Positions 40,049 through 49,374 of a stretch of 64,000 nt of DNA are shown piece after piece (positions within the stretch are counted from its first letter, which is position 1; each line of letters opens with the position of its first letter). The notes under the pieces are model-generated. The model ran no database searches, was not told the origin of the DNA, and saw only the letters and a list, made by a program, of their open reading frames with translations. The stretch is from NCBI GenBank assembly GCA_964609565.1, contig CAZSSY010000003.1, forward strand, positions 11,519 to 75,518, written 5' to 3'. The stretch is from an uncultured Natronomonas sp. (GTDB taxonomy: Archaea; Halobacteriota; Halobacteria; Halobacteriales; Haloarculaceae). A program made the translations under genes and the position numbers.

Positions 40049-40627
40049 ATGGACTACGAACTCGCTATCAACTCCGCTCCGAATTCTATCCCGGGAGGGA
40101 CCGGCATTCTCCTTATTCATCCGAGCACCGGCGAAACAGACCGCATTGACACGTACTTCTTGAAAACCGATACCGACCGGTTGTTGGTGATCTCCACTCG
40201 GACCACCGCCCGGGAAGTCCAACAGAAACTCGAATATTACGATGTCGACGAATCCAAAGCCGACATTCTCGACACCCTCTCGGTTGAACGTGGATACTCA
40301 CGGCGAACATCCGATCACGTCCACTACGTCTCTGCTCCCGACGATCTTGACGGGATCATCAAGATCACGAGACAATTTCTCGACGAGCATGAGGGGAAAC
40401 GTCGAATCAGTCTTGATTCCGTTACTGAAATGGCCTATTACGCAGATGAAGACAAGGCATTAACCGCCGTCGAGGAGCTGTTGGCACTCCTTGAGGAATA
40501 CGACGCAGTGGGGTTATTCCATCTCTCCGAAGAAGTCCACTCAGATGCAGATGTAGCGGCATTCAAAGACCTCTTCGACGGCATCATCTACCTCGAGGCT
40601 GACGGCACGATTGAAACCGACTTCTGA
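40049..40627 (+). CDS. RecA/KaiC-fold-like protein lacking a canonical Walker A
   Basis: IPGGTGILL, LVISTR, RISLDSVT Walker-B-like strand, LFDGII.L terminal motif. Confidence 0.75.
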   Translation: MDYELAINSAPNSIPGGTGILLIHPSTGETDRIDTYFLKTDTDRLLVISTRTTAREVQQKLEYYDVDESKADILDTLSVERGYSRRTSDHVHYVSAPDDLDGIIKITRQFLDEHEGKRRISLDSVTEMAYYADEDKALTAVEELLALLEEYDAVGLFHLSEEVHSDADVAAFKDLFDGIIYLEADGTIETDF

Positions 40628-41100
40628 ACGACCCAGGTCTACTCACCACCACCCTGTTTCTAGCTAACGCCATCCCTCTCTGGCATTCCCCAATCACATT
40701 GACGACATCCCTCATAGGGGTACTACCGTGTCGAAGCTGTCCGACAGGTACTCTCCAGGTAGTGACGGGTTCAATCGTACGCAGACGACCCTCATTGTGA
40801 GCGTAGAGGGTGATATCGGTTTTTTGATTTCTCAATCTGACGGACTCCGATCCGTATCGGTCTCCACCTGTGAGTTATTTCGGTACGTGAGAGCATTATC
40901 GATGGCCATCTGTCGGCCTTGTTGTCCAGACAATGCCGGGATGGATCCAGATTGCGGCGGGGTCCACTTGGTCGATGCTGGAGCCAGGCGATCAGGACGC
41001 CGCTACCGGTGGATTTGATGGCTTACTCTTCTGTGGCTTATGAATGCCCGTACATGGGCGGCGCTATGATTACGCGACCGGTCGCGGATTCTGGGAATAC

Positions 41101-42459
41101 ATGGCCGGGGAGCATGGTGTTATAACGCAACGGGTTGGTCTCATCGGCGCGACCGGTCTCGTCGTGGGGAATGTGATTGGTATTGCTGTCTTTGTCCTGG
41201 CTGCCCCGCTCACCGCGGATGCCGGCCCGAGTGTCGTGCTCGCCATGATGTTGGCAGGTATCCCTCTCATTTTCAGCCTCCTCACCATCCTCCAGTTGGG
41301 TGGCGCAATCCCCGTTGCTGGTGGGATGTATGTCTATGGTTCGCGATTGGTCGCCCCGTTTTGGGGATTTGCCACTCCATGGATGGTCGTCCCGGGTGTC
41401 TGGGCGGGACTGTTATTTACCGCCCACGGCTTCGCCGAATACCTCCGTCATTTCACAACACTGCTTCCCCACATTGGCTTAATGTACCTCGTGTTGGTCA
41501 CGTTCCTCCTCGTCAATCTCGTCGGGATCCGGATTGTGACACAGTTTCAGTTGGTGATGGTTGCTGTCCTCCTCGGTGGCATCCTGGTATTCGTGATCCC
41601 GGGCGCGTTCGTTGTTGACCCGGGTGCCTATCGACCGGTGTTTCCGAACGGGTTTGGCCCGTTCGTCATCGCTGTTGTTTCGTTACATTTCCCGCTTCGC
41701 GGATTTAGCATGATTATCGAGATCGGTGAAGAAATTGAGAACCCGGCGCAGAATATCCCCCGCGTCTTGGTGTTATCGGCGGTCATTTCGCTGACGCTCT
41801 TGGTCGGAATCGTGGCGATCTTCGTTGGTGTCCTCGGATGGCAGGGCGTTGATCGTATTGACGCCGCTATCGCGGAAGCTGCCGGTACATTTCTCCCGTC
41901 TCCCCTTGTCGCTCTCGTCGTCGTCGCTGCTCTCTTAGGATCGCTTACGTCGATCAACACGACGTTCGCGAGTTACTCACGGTCAATTATGCGTGCGGCC
42001 CGCGACGATGTCATTCCGAACGATTTCGCCCTTCTCCATGACCGATTCGATACACCCCACCGCTCGGTCTTACTCTTGGGTGTCCCTCCCCTCGCGTTGG
42101 TGCCGATTACCCCCTCACCGGTTGTCTTATCGATCGCCTTGTCTCTCGCTATCTTGTTTGCGGTGTTTGTCGGTGGTCTAGCCCTGTGGAACCTTCCCCG
42201 AATTTTCCCACAGCGGTATGAATACTCGATTTATCGACTGCCAATGCCAGTGCTCCGGGTGACCGCGGTCGGCAGTGCGTTGTCTGCGGTTCTCTTATGG
42301 GTTGCCTTACTCACAGAACTCCCCTGGATCGGTGGCGTGGTCTTTGGCTGGTTGTTACTGGGTTGGCTCATGTTCCGGTGGCGGGTTCGACGATTCCGTG
42401 CCCGCGGAATCGACCTCCCGGAGCGGATGCAGAGCCTCCACGACCATGAATCAGCCTAA
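41101..42459 (+). CDS. APC-family amino acid permease
   Basis: VVGNVIG, AGPSV, PVAGGMYVY, EEIENP..NIPR, SR....ARD..IP; about 12 TM segments. Confidence 0.93.
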   Translation: MAGEHGVITQRVGLIGATGLVVGNVIGIAVFVLAAPLTADAGPSVVLAMMLAGIPLIFSLLTILQLGGAIPVAGGMYVYGSRLVAPFWGFATPWMVVPGVWAGLLFTAHGFAEYLRHFTTLLPHIGLMYLVLVTFLLVNLVGIRIVTQFQLVMVAVLLGGILVFVIPGAFVVDPGAYRPVFPNGFGPFVIAVVSLHFPLRGFSMIIEIGEEIENPAQNIPRVLVLSAVISLTLLVGIVAIFVGVLGWQGVDRIDAAIAEAAGTFLPSPLVALVVVAALLGSLTSINTTFASYSRSIMRAARDDVIPNDFALLHDRFDTPHRSVLLLGVPPLALVPITPSPVVLSIALSLAILFAVFVGGLALWNLPRIFPQRYEYSIYRLPMPVLRVTAVGSALSAVLLWVALLTELPWIGGVVFGWLLLGWLMFRWRVRRFRARGIDLPERMQSLHDHESA

Positions 42460-42496
42460 CGGAGTGTTTTTCCCGGAATAGTACATTGCGTAGCAT

Positions 42497-43213
42497 ATGA
42501 GTGATTTCGATCGTGAGGCCGAACGTGAGCGACTCCGTGAACAATTCGAGCGGGATAAACAGAAACGAGAAGCCGCTGAACAAATGAGCGAACTCCTCTT
42601 GCAGGGGGCCACAATGACCAATCGGCACTGTCCGGAGTGTCACTCCCCCGTCTTCAGATACGACGGCCGTGAGTTTTGCCCCACGTGTCAACGTGAAGTC
42701 ACTGACCTCGAGGCTGCGAGTGACGACACAGGCCGTGAGGCCCAGCCGGCAGAAAATGGAGCAGTAAACGATACACCGACCGATACCCACGGGGAGCCAG
42801 CCTCTAGCACCGAGTCAACTGCGACGACGTCAGAGGAGACAGGGAGACACCCACCGACAGCGCCCGGTGATGACCAACCGACCCAATCTGCCGCTGCCGA
42901 TGGTCGCGATGCCGATGAGACTGTATCTCCCTCTGAAACCCACGAGGAAGTGCATGATGCCAACCGAGGTCGAGACGAGAGGCGTCCGGCGACATCGCGA
43001 GACCGACGTCCTGCGCGGGTTGATCCGCCTGCCCGGCGTGACGTCGCTTCCAGTGACGACGGGGACCTCCGGGAGGCCGAGGCGGCGTTGATCCGTGAGA
43101 TCACAGCGCTCGTCCATCAGGCAGAGGAAACAGCCGATATCGGCCGGAAACGTGAACTGTTCACGACGGCTCGTGAGGCAGCTGACGCCCTCCAGACGCT
43201 GTCCGAACTTTAG
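42497..43213 (+). CDS. SSSCA1/Auto_anti-p27-family zinc-ribbon protein
   Basis: MSELLLQGATMTNRHCPECHSPVFRYDG..FCPTC followed by a long acidic linker. Confidence 0.88.
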   Translation: MSDFDREAERERLREQFERDKQKREAAEQMSELLLQGATMTNRHCPECHSPVFRYDGREFCPTCQREVTDLEAASDDTGREAQPAENGAVNDTPTDTHGEPASSTESTATTSEETGRHPPTAPGDDQPTQSAAADGRDADETVSPSETHEEVHDANRGRDERRPATSRDRRPARVDPPARRDVASSDDGDLREAEAALIREITALVHQAEETADIGRKRELFTTAREAADALQTLSEL

Positions 43214-43302
43214 GCCCGCCCCGGTGAATTTTGGGTGGAGTCAGGAGACAGTCGGGAGAGAGTTAGGAAAATATGTTAGCCACCTCGACCGTTCGGTCCG
43301 GT

Positions 43303-43446
43303 ATGGCCGTCGATCCGATTGTGGCTCCTGACTCGTCGGACACCCTGAAACACCTCTGGTTGTGGGATGGAAGATTGATTCTGTATGACCCGGGGAACGA
43401 TCAGGCGTGGATCGAAGCTGCCTCACCACGCCGATCTCTGCGGTAA
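43303..43446 (+). CDS. Small 47-aa haloarchaeal protein (below the ORF cutoff)
   Basis: MAVDPIVAPDSSDTLKHLWLWDGRLILYDPGNDQAWIEAASPRRSLR; the LYD..N..AWI motif recalls a haloarchaeal small-protein family; AT-rich AAAATATGTTA box ~25-35 bp upstream. Confidence 0.6.
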   Translation: MAVDPIVAPDSSDTLKHLWLWDGRLILYDPGNDQAWIEAASPRRSLR

Positions 43447-43456
43447 TTCACCGCGT

Positions 43457-46003
43457 TCAGCGGGATCCGGCATATTCGCTCGAAGTGATTTCCCTGATGC
43501 GACCGGCGGTCACTTCCCCAATGCCCGTTACCTCTTGTAAGGAGTCCTCATCCGCTGTCATGATAGCCTCGACAGTGCCGAAATGTTCAAGGAGCGCCCG
43601 AGCGGTAACCGCTCCGACTTCAGCGATTGCACTGACGACATATTCTTGCTGTTCGGTGAGTGTCCGCCCGGTTTTCTCACCGTGGACGGCGACCGTCCGA
43701 TCGCTCGATTCTTGTTCACGGCGTGCGATGACTTCAAGCAGATCGGCTGTCTCATCGGGCCCGTCTGTTTGGAGGATGCTGGCGCCGAAATCAACGGCGA
43801 GAGACGCAAGCGCGCCTCGAATGGCGTTTGGATGGACGTTTCTCGCTTGGTAGAGTTGCTCACCTTCGATTATTACAACGGGGCGGCCATAGAAACGGGT
43901 AGCTGCTCCGACTTGCTCAAAGAGTGAGCGGTCACCGCCAATCAGTGTCTCCAGGAAATCCTCGACAGATTTACGTTCGACAACGACACGATCCGATAGA
44001 ACGTAATCTCCCACTGAAAGGGTCTCTAAGCGAGTTTCGACACCATTGCGAGTGGAGAGATCGCGAGCGATATGTGAATCAAGTTCTCGTTGATCCGCGA
44101 CGATTTCGATGACGCCATCAGCGTCGGCATCGTCGGTGTCGCGACGGCCAGCAACCACCGGTTGCTCATCCATGGACTCGTTGCTCGGTTCATTCGCTTC
44201 ATTTTTGAAATCAGTCAGCCCGGCTTGTCCCCGCTTTTTCTCATCAACCTGATCACTCACCGTCTTGTCAGTCGACGTATTGGCTGGTTGCGAATCGGGT
44301 GATGACTCTTCAGCGATTTCGTCTTCATCGCTTGATTCTTCCTGGCGGTTCGTAGATTGCTGTGCGGTGGTGGTCTCAGGCTGGCGTTCCTCGTTAGGTG
44401 CTGGAGTGGTATCGTCGAATTCCGTAAGCGATGGTTGGTCAGCAATCGCCGCAGAGATTTCGCCCTTCATCTCCTTTAATGCCCGGAGTTCTTCTTCCAT
44501 CTGTTTTTCTTCGTTTCGGGACATCCAGAAGAAGGCCTCGTCGCGCGTATCCTCAGCAATCAGGACCACGACCCGTCCCTCGCTGGCGCGGCCGGTTCGG
44601 CCTTTCCGCTGAATTGACCGGATTCCTTTCGGGACTGGCTCATAGAACAACACAAGATCGACATCAGGCACATCCAGGCCTTCTTCCGCAACACTCGTCG
44701 ATACTAACACGTTGAATTCGCCGTCTCGGAACGCATCGAGCGTTTCGCGTTGTTCCGTTTGTGTCATTCCGCTGGAGCCCTCCTTGTCTCCTTGGCCTAC
44801 AAACCGGCGGACATCGAAGTGGTCTGCAAGGAACGACGTAAGTGTCTCAGCGGTATCTCGTGATTCTGTGAACACGATGACTCGCTCACCATCCTCTATC
44901 CCAAGTGTCTGGGCGAGGAGGATACGGGTCCGACGGAACTTCGGATGGAGATCATCAAACGCCGCTGCACGCCGCATAGATTCCTTGACGCGTGGTTCAC
45001 TCACGAACCGTTGACTCGCCTTCGACGAGCCAGATGAATTCGCGGCATCCCGTTGCCGCTCAAAATACCGGCGAAGCGACTCGACACTCTGCGTTTCAAC
45101 GAGCTCGACCGCACGCCGGAGCTTCATAATCTCGGCGTGTGCCGACATCCCTTGATAGCCTTCTGACTTGTCGTTGTTGATGAGTTCTTGGAGCTTCGCC
45201 CGAATACCATCAAGCTGTGATTGGGAAAGATTCGGGTCTGTGGTCCGCGTCACGCCAAGCTCCTTGAGTGTTGTCAACCGGTCGGCAATGACATCATTAA
45301 GGGCATCTCTGATCTCGATCACCGGTTCCGGGAGTTCGACATGCTCCCATTCAACCGACGTATAGTACGTGTGTTCAGCAACATCGGCATCGTCCTCCGT
45401 CATCACCGCAACGTCCCGGAGGCCAAGATTCTGACAAACAGTCAGAATTTCCTCCTTATCTCCCCCCGGGGATGCACTCATCCCTGTGACGAGGGGGTCC
45501 GCGGCATCCTGATGGTATCGGTCGGCGATATAATTATACGAATAGTTCCCGGTTGCCCGGTGGCATTCGTCAAACGTGATGTGAGTGACATCGGCCAATG
45601 AAATCCGGTTGCCGACGAGATCGTTTTCGATGACTTGTGGCGTCGCACACACCACGCTGGCGGATTTCCACAAGTCTGCGCGATCGTCGGGCCGGACCGC
45701 TCCGGTAAACACGACGATATCATCGTCATCAATCGTCAGGGCTTCACGATAGAACGCAGCATGTTGTTGGACCAGGGGTTTCGTAGGGGCGAGTAACAGG
45801 GATTTCCCGCCGTGTTCTACCAGTCGAGCGGCAGTCACGAGGAGGCTCACCGTTGTTTTCCCGAGTCCGGTTGGGAGACAGACGAGTGTATGATCGTTCT
45901 GGGATGTTTCCGCCAACTGGAGTTGGTAGCCCCGCTTTTCAAGGATCCCATCAACGAGTAGGGATCCTTCGACATACTCCTGCTCATCGGTCGCGGAGGC
46001 CAT
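43457..46003 (-). CDS. hef: Hef helicase/nuclease (FANCM/XPF homolog)
   Basis: PTGLGKT, DECH, SAS, QRKGRTGR, acidic linker, ERCC4 motif GDY..VERKS..D, HhH2. Confidence 0.96.
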   Translation of the reverse strand: MASATDEQEYVEGSLLVDGILEKRGYQLQLAETSQNDHTLVCLPTGLGKTTVSLLVTAARLVEHGGKSLLLAPTKPLVQQHAAFYREALTIDDDDIVVFTGAVRPDDRADLWKSASVVCATPQVIENDLVGNRISLADVTHITFDECHRATGNYSYNYIADRYHQDAADPLVTGMSASPGGDKEEILTVCQNLGLRDVAVMTEDDADVAEHTYYTSVEWEHVELPEPVIEIRDALNDVIADRLTTLKELGVTRTTDPNLSQSQLDGIRAKLQELINNDKSEGYQGMSAHAEIMKLRRAVELVETQSVESLRRYFERQRDAANSSGSSKASQRFVSEPRVKESMRRAAAFDDLHPKFRRTRILLAQTLGIEDGERVIVFTESRDTAETLTSFLADHFDVRRFVGQGDKEGSSGMTQTEQRETLDAFRDGEFNVLVSTSVAEEGLDVPDVDLVLFYEPVPKGIRSIQRKGRTGRASEGRVVVLIAEDTRDEAFFWMSRNEEKQMEEELRALKEMKGEISAAIADQPSLTEFDDTTPAPNEERQPETTTAQQSTNRQEESSDEDEIAEESSPDSQPANTSTDKTVSDQVDEKKRGQAGLTDFKNEANEPSNESMDEQPVVAGRRDTDDADADGVIEIVADQRELDSHIARDLSTRNGVETRLETLSVGDYVLSDRVVVERKSVEDFLETLIGGDRSLFEQVGAATRFYGRPVVIIEGEQLYQARNVHPNAIRGALASLAVDFGASILQTDGPDETADLLEVIARREQESSDRTVAVHGEKTGRTLTEQQEYVVSAIAEVGAVTARALLEHFGTVEAIMTADEDSLQEVTGIGEVTAGRIREITSSEYAGSR

Positions 46004-46200
46004 CTAGCCAGCTGTTCGATGGTTGAGCGGAAAAGCGTTCGGCCAGCAGAGTGGAAGTAAATCCCGTCCGGCGTATTTCCCGGCTGCGACCGCGTAGCTC
46101 ACTCGGACGCCGACGATTCGTTCTGGGTCGTCAGGCCACGCGCAGACGCGGGGTTCGTGATGCTGAATCCTTTTTAGGCTACCCGCGGGAGCTAGTGATA

Positions 46201-47211
46201 ATGCCTGAGATAGACGATATCGAGCTTGAATTTGTGTCGCTTGGGCAGACCGGCCTGCAAACAAGTGAACTCCAGTTTGGAACATGGCGGTTTGGCCGAG
46301 AAACTGATGCTGGTAACACTGAGATTGACGAAACGCGTGCACATGACTTACTCGATACCTACGCTGCGGTCGGCGGCAGATTCATCGACACTGCCGACAT
46401 CTATGGAGACGGCCTTGCGGAACGCTGGATTGGGAGTTGGTTGCAAGACCGCGATCGGGAACGATACACTATCGCCTCTAAGATTTACTGGCAGACACGC
46501 GATGACGATCCCAACAGTCGGGGGACCAATCGAAAAACCGTACGGCATCGTATTGATGAAATCTTGAACCGGTTGGATACAAGCTATATCGATATCCTCT
46601 ATATCCATCGCTGGGACGACGAAACCCCTGTCTATGAATTACTCCGGACGTTAAACGGCCTCGTGGACGTCGGGAAAGTCCATTACCTCGGTACCTCAAC
46701 GCTCCGCCCGAATGCGTGGAAAGTATCGCGTGCAAATGAAATCGCTCGTGCACAGGGGTGGGAGCCGTTCACCATAACGCAACCACGATATAATCTTGTT
46801 AACCGAGAAATTGAGGGTGATTATCTCGAGATGGCGCGCCACCTCGATCTTGCTGTCTGTCCCTGGAGTCCCTTAGGCCAAGGATTTCTTACGGGCAAAT
46901 ACGACCGCGATGATGGGTTAACTGGCACGTCACGGGCTGCTGAATCAAGCCAGTTTCAGAAAGCCTATCTCCGGGATGTGAACTTTGATGTGCACGACGA
47001 ATTGGATGCTGTAGCGGCAGAGGTTGACGCGACACCAGCCCAAACCGCGTTAGCGTGGTTGATGCATCGCGACGGCATTACCGCTCCAATCGTTGGCGCT
47101 AGAACGGTCGAGCAACTTCGAGAAAACCTCGGGGCCGCCAGTATATCGCTCTCGACCGACCAGATGCAGCGTCTCACCACGTCAAAACACGGTCCCTACC
47201 CGGGACTGTAA
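46201..47211 (+). CDS. Aldo/keto reductase
   Basis: FGTWRFG, IDTADIYG, ASK, L.RL.TSYIDILYIHRWD, QPRYNL, WSPLGQG.LTGKY, PIVGART. Confidence 0.95.
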   Translation: MPEIDDIELEFVSLGQTGLQTSELQFGTWRFGRETDAGNTEIDETRAHDLLDTYAAVGGRFIDTADIYGDGLAERWIGSWLQDRDRERYTIASKIYWQTRDDDPNSRGTNRKTVRHRIDEILNRLDTSYIDILYIHRWDDETPVYELLRTLNGLVDVGKVHYLGTSTLRPNAWKVSRANEIARAQGWEPFTITQPRYNLVNREIEGDYLEMARHLDLAVCPWSPLGQGFLTGKYDRDDGLTGTSRAAESSQFQKAYLRDVNFDVHDELDAVAAEVDATPAQTALAWLMHRDGITAPIVGARTVEQLRENLGAASISLSTDQMQRLTTSKHGPYPGL

Positions 47212-47355
47212 CCACGGGCCGCCCGGAGAAGGCTCAACAAACCCGGTTTCCTTGCATCAATGCTGTTGACCTTCCATACACTCGACTGGCGGCGTGACGA
47301 CACTGCGCCCCCGGCGGGTTCTCCTGGACACTGTCGATGGTTTGCGTTTGAGAGG

Positions 47356-48561
47356 TCACTCAGCTAATTCTGTTGTAGCTGTATCAACGATGAATCGATT
47401 GAATGCTCCTGAATATTGCATCAGCAGTGTTCCCAGGATACTCATGACAAGAACATAGCCGACAGCAACGGCTGGTATCGTTTCGGTCATCACCACTGAT
47501 CCGCCGGTGCCTGCCGCGAGGGCTGCAATGACCAATGAGAATTCACCACGGGTCACCATCCCGAATGCGACCCGGAGATTCCGCCGGTTGTCGAGCCCAT
47601 AGATCCGTCCACTCAGAAAACCGGTGATGATTTTCGTTGGGGTGGTCAGAAGGACAAGCAGCCCGACGAGGCCGGCCATTGCGAGATCACTGAACAGGGT
47701 CGGATCGGTGTTTAATCCAATCCAGAAGAAGAACACTGCTGCAAACACATCCCGGAGCGGAATGAGGCGTTGTTCTAAATCTTCGAGGTGGTCGGTCGTC
47801 GCAAACCCCATCCCGATGAAGAATGCGGCCACTGCTTCACTCAACCCGATTGCTAACGCGGCACCGGCAACGAGCACCGTGACGGCAACCGCGCGCATGA
47901 TGAACAACTCCTGGGATCCGACATCTAGATACGCGGTAAAATAGTCGGTGCCGAGATAGACCGCAACAACCAAGACGAACAGAAATGCCATGGCAATCCC
48001 AATATCCACCGCGATTTGTGAGAGCTCCCCGCCACCGAGGAGGATAGCGGAAAGCACTGCCAGGTAGAGAGCGATAAAGAGGTCTTCGAAGACGAGGGTG
48101 CCGAGCATCGGTTGGGCTTCATCATTGGCGATCCAGCCTAAGTCAATCAGGGATTTTGTGATGACTGCCGACGAAGAAATGTAGACAATACCGCCGAGAA
48201 CGAATGCTTCTAATACTGACCAGCCAAGTGCAATTCCGATTACAACACCGACTGGTAAGTTCACGGCCAGGTCAAGGAATCCAATTTTACTGATTTTCTC
48301 TTTTGACGCTAACAGTCGATCGAGACTGAATTCCAGCCCAAGGAAAAAGAGGAGGAAGACAATGCCGAGTTCGGCCAACACGGTAATGAACTGTTGGTCT
48401 TCGATGGCAGGCAGGCCGAATCGGCCGAGTACCGCTGGCCCAGAAAGTATCCCTGCAATGACATAAAACGGGATGACGGACAAATCGACGCGTTGGGCGA
48501 TCGTCGCCGCCACGGCGAGGACCGCAAACATCGCCCCGGCTTCGAGGAGTAGCGTCGCCAT
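47356..48561 (-). CDS. CPA2 cation:proton antiporter (KhtU-like)
   Basis: LAELGIVFLLFFLGLEFS, SSSAVITKSL, FEDL, FFFWIG, RGEFS. Confidence 0.92.
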   Translation of the reverse strand: MATLLLEAGAMFAVLAVAATIAQRVDLSVIPFYVIAGILSGPAVLGRFGLPAIEDQQFITVLAELGIVFLLFFLGLEFSLDRLLASKEKISKIGFLDLAVNLPVGVVIGIALGWSVLEAFVLGGIVYISSSAVITKSLIDLGWIANDEAQPMLGTLVFEDLFIALYLAVLSAILLGGGELSQIAVDIGIAMAFLFVLVVAVYLGTDYFTAYLDVGSQELFIMRAVAVTVLVAGAALAIGLSEAVAAFFIGMGFATTDHLEDLEQRLIPLRDVFAAVFFFWIGLNTDPTLFSDLAMAGLVGLLVLLTTPTKIITGFLSGRIYGLDNRRNLRVAFGMVTRGEFSLVIAALAAGTGGSVVMTETIPAVAVGYVLVMSILGTLLMQYSGAFNRFIVDTATTELAE

Positions 48562-48564
48562 ACG

Positions 48565-49113
48565 CTAACTTTCGTCCTGGGACGGCTCCGGTGAGTCGGT
48601 GTCGAAGTCTTCGAGTTCACGGGGAGTTGATTCCCCTGCCGCCAACGATTCCACGTCTTGGCACGCGTCTCGATCGCCGAGAACAATGAGGGTATCGCCG
48701 GCGCGAATGACCGTTTCCGGGCCGGGATTTGACTTTGTGGCTTCATCTTCTCTATCGATAGCCACCACAGTCGCTCCCGTCTGGTTGCGGAAATCAATGT
48801 CATCGAGCGTTTGTCCAATAAGCTCCGATCCATCAACGACCTTCACCCATTCAAGCAGTGAATTTTCATCGAGCATTGTCTGGGTTTTTTCGGACGTCAC
48901 TGGCTGGAAGTACGCGCCGTCGAGTATCGAGCCAACTTGTCGAGATAATTGGTCGGACAGCTCGATGAGTTTCACTGAATCCTCATCCCCCCTCCGTTTG
49001 TAGACCTCCCGTTTCCCTGTATTGTGGATGACAATGACGAGTCGCTCATCATTCCCGAGTTCAACCTCGAACTTCTTGCCGACGCCGGGCAGATCCGATT
49101 CATACACCGTCAT
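48565..49113 (-). CDS. Antiporter regulatory subunit with TrkA-C domain (KhtT-like)
   Basis: ESDLPGVGKKF, IHNTGKREVY, TGATVVAIDR..NPGP...GDTLIVLG. Confidence 0.92.
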   Translation of the reverse strand: MTVYESDLPGVGKKFEVELGNDERLVIVIHNTGKREVYKRRGDEDSVKLIELSDQLSRQVGSILDGAYFQPVTSEKTQTMLDENSLLEWVKVVDGSELIGQTLDDIDFRNQTGATVVAIDREDEATKSNPGPETVIRAGDTLIVLGDRDACQDVESLAAGESTPRELEDFDTDSPEPSQDES

Positions 49114-49374
49114 ACCAGGTCATTCTCAACGACATTGGTAAAAGGTACAGGTCGATGGAGCGAGCCCCGACAGCGATCCGGACCGAACGTCGTATATATG
49201 ACGGATATAGCCCCTGACGTGGCCATGGAAACGTCCTTCCTCCACGGTCTCGACCGCGACCCACACTGGTCTCCGCTCGTTGGACTCATCGAAGGCTCCC
49301 GAATACTCCACCGCCCTTGATTCCCGCCGAGAGAGGGGGGAGTGTGTTTCTCGTCTGAGTGGTTTCTGCAGTCG

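Noticed and set aside
40628-41100. 470-bp gap with short palindromes and 60-96 aa ORFs
   Set aside because: The ORFs lack acidic bias and motifs, and the palindromes are short enough to arise by chance.
236-46003. Inteins in PolD1, Hel308, UvrB or Hef
   Set aside because: The extra length is acidic low-complexity linker; no C...HN-[CST] splice motifs or LAGLIDADG blocks were seen.
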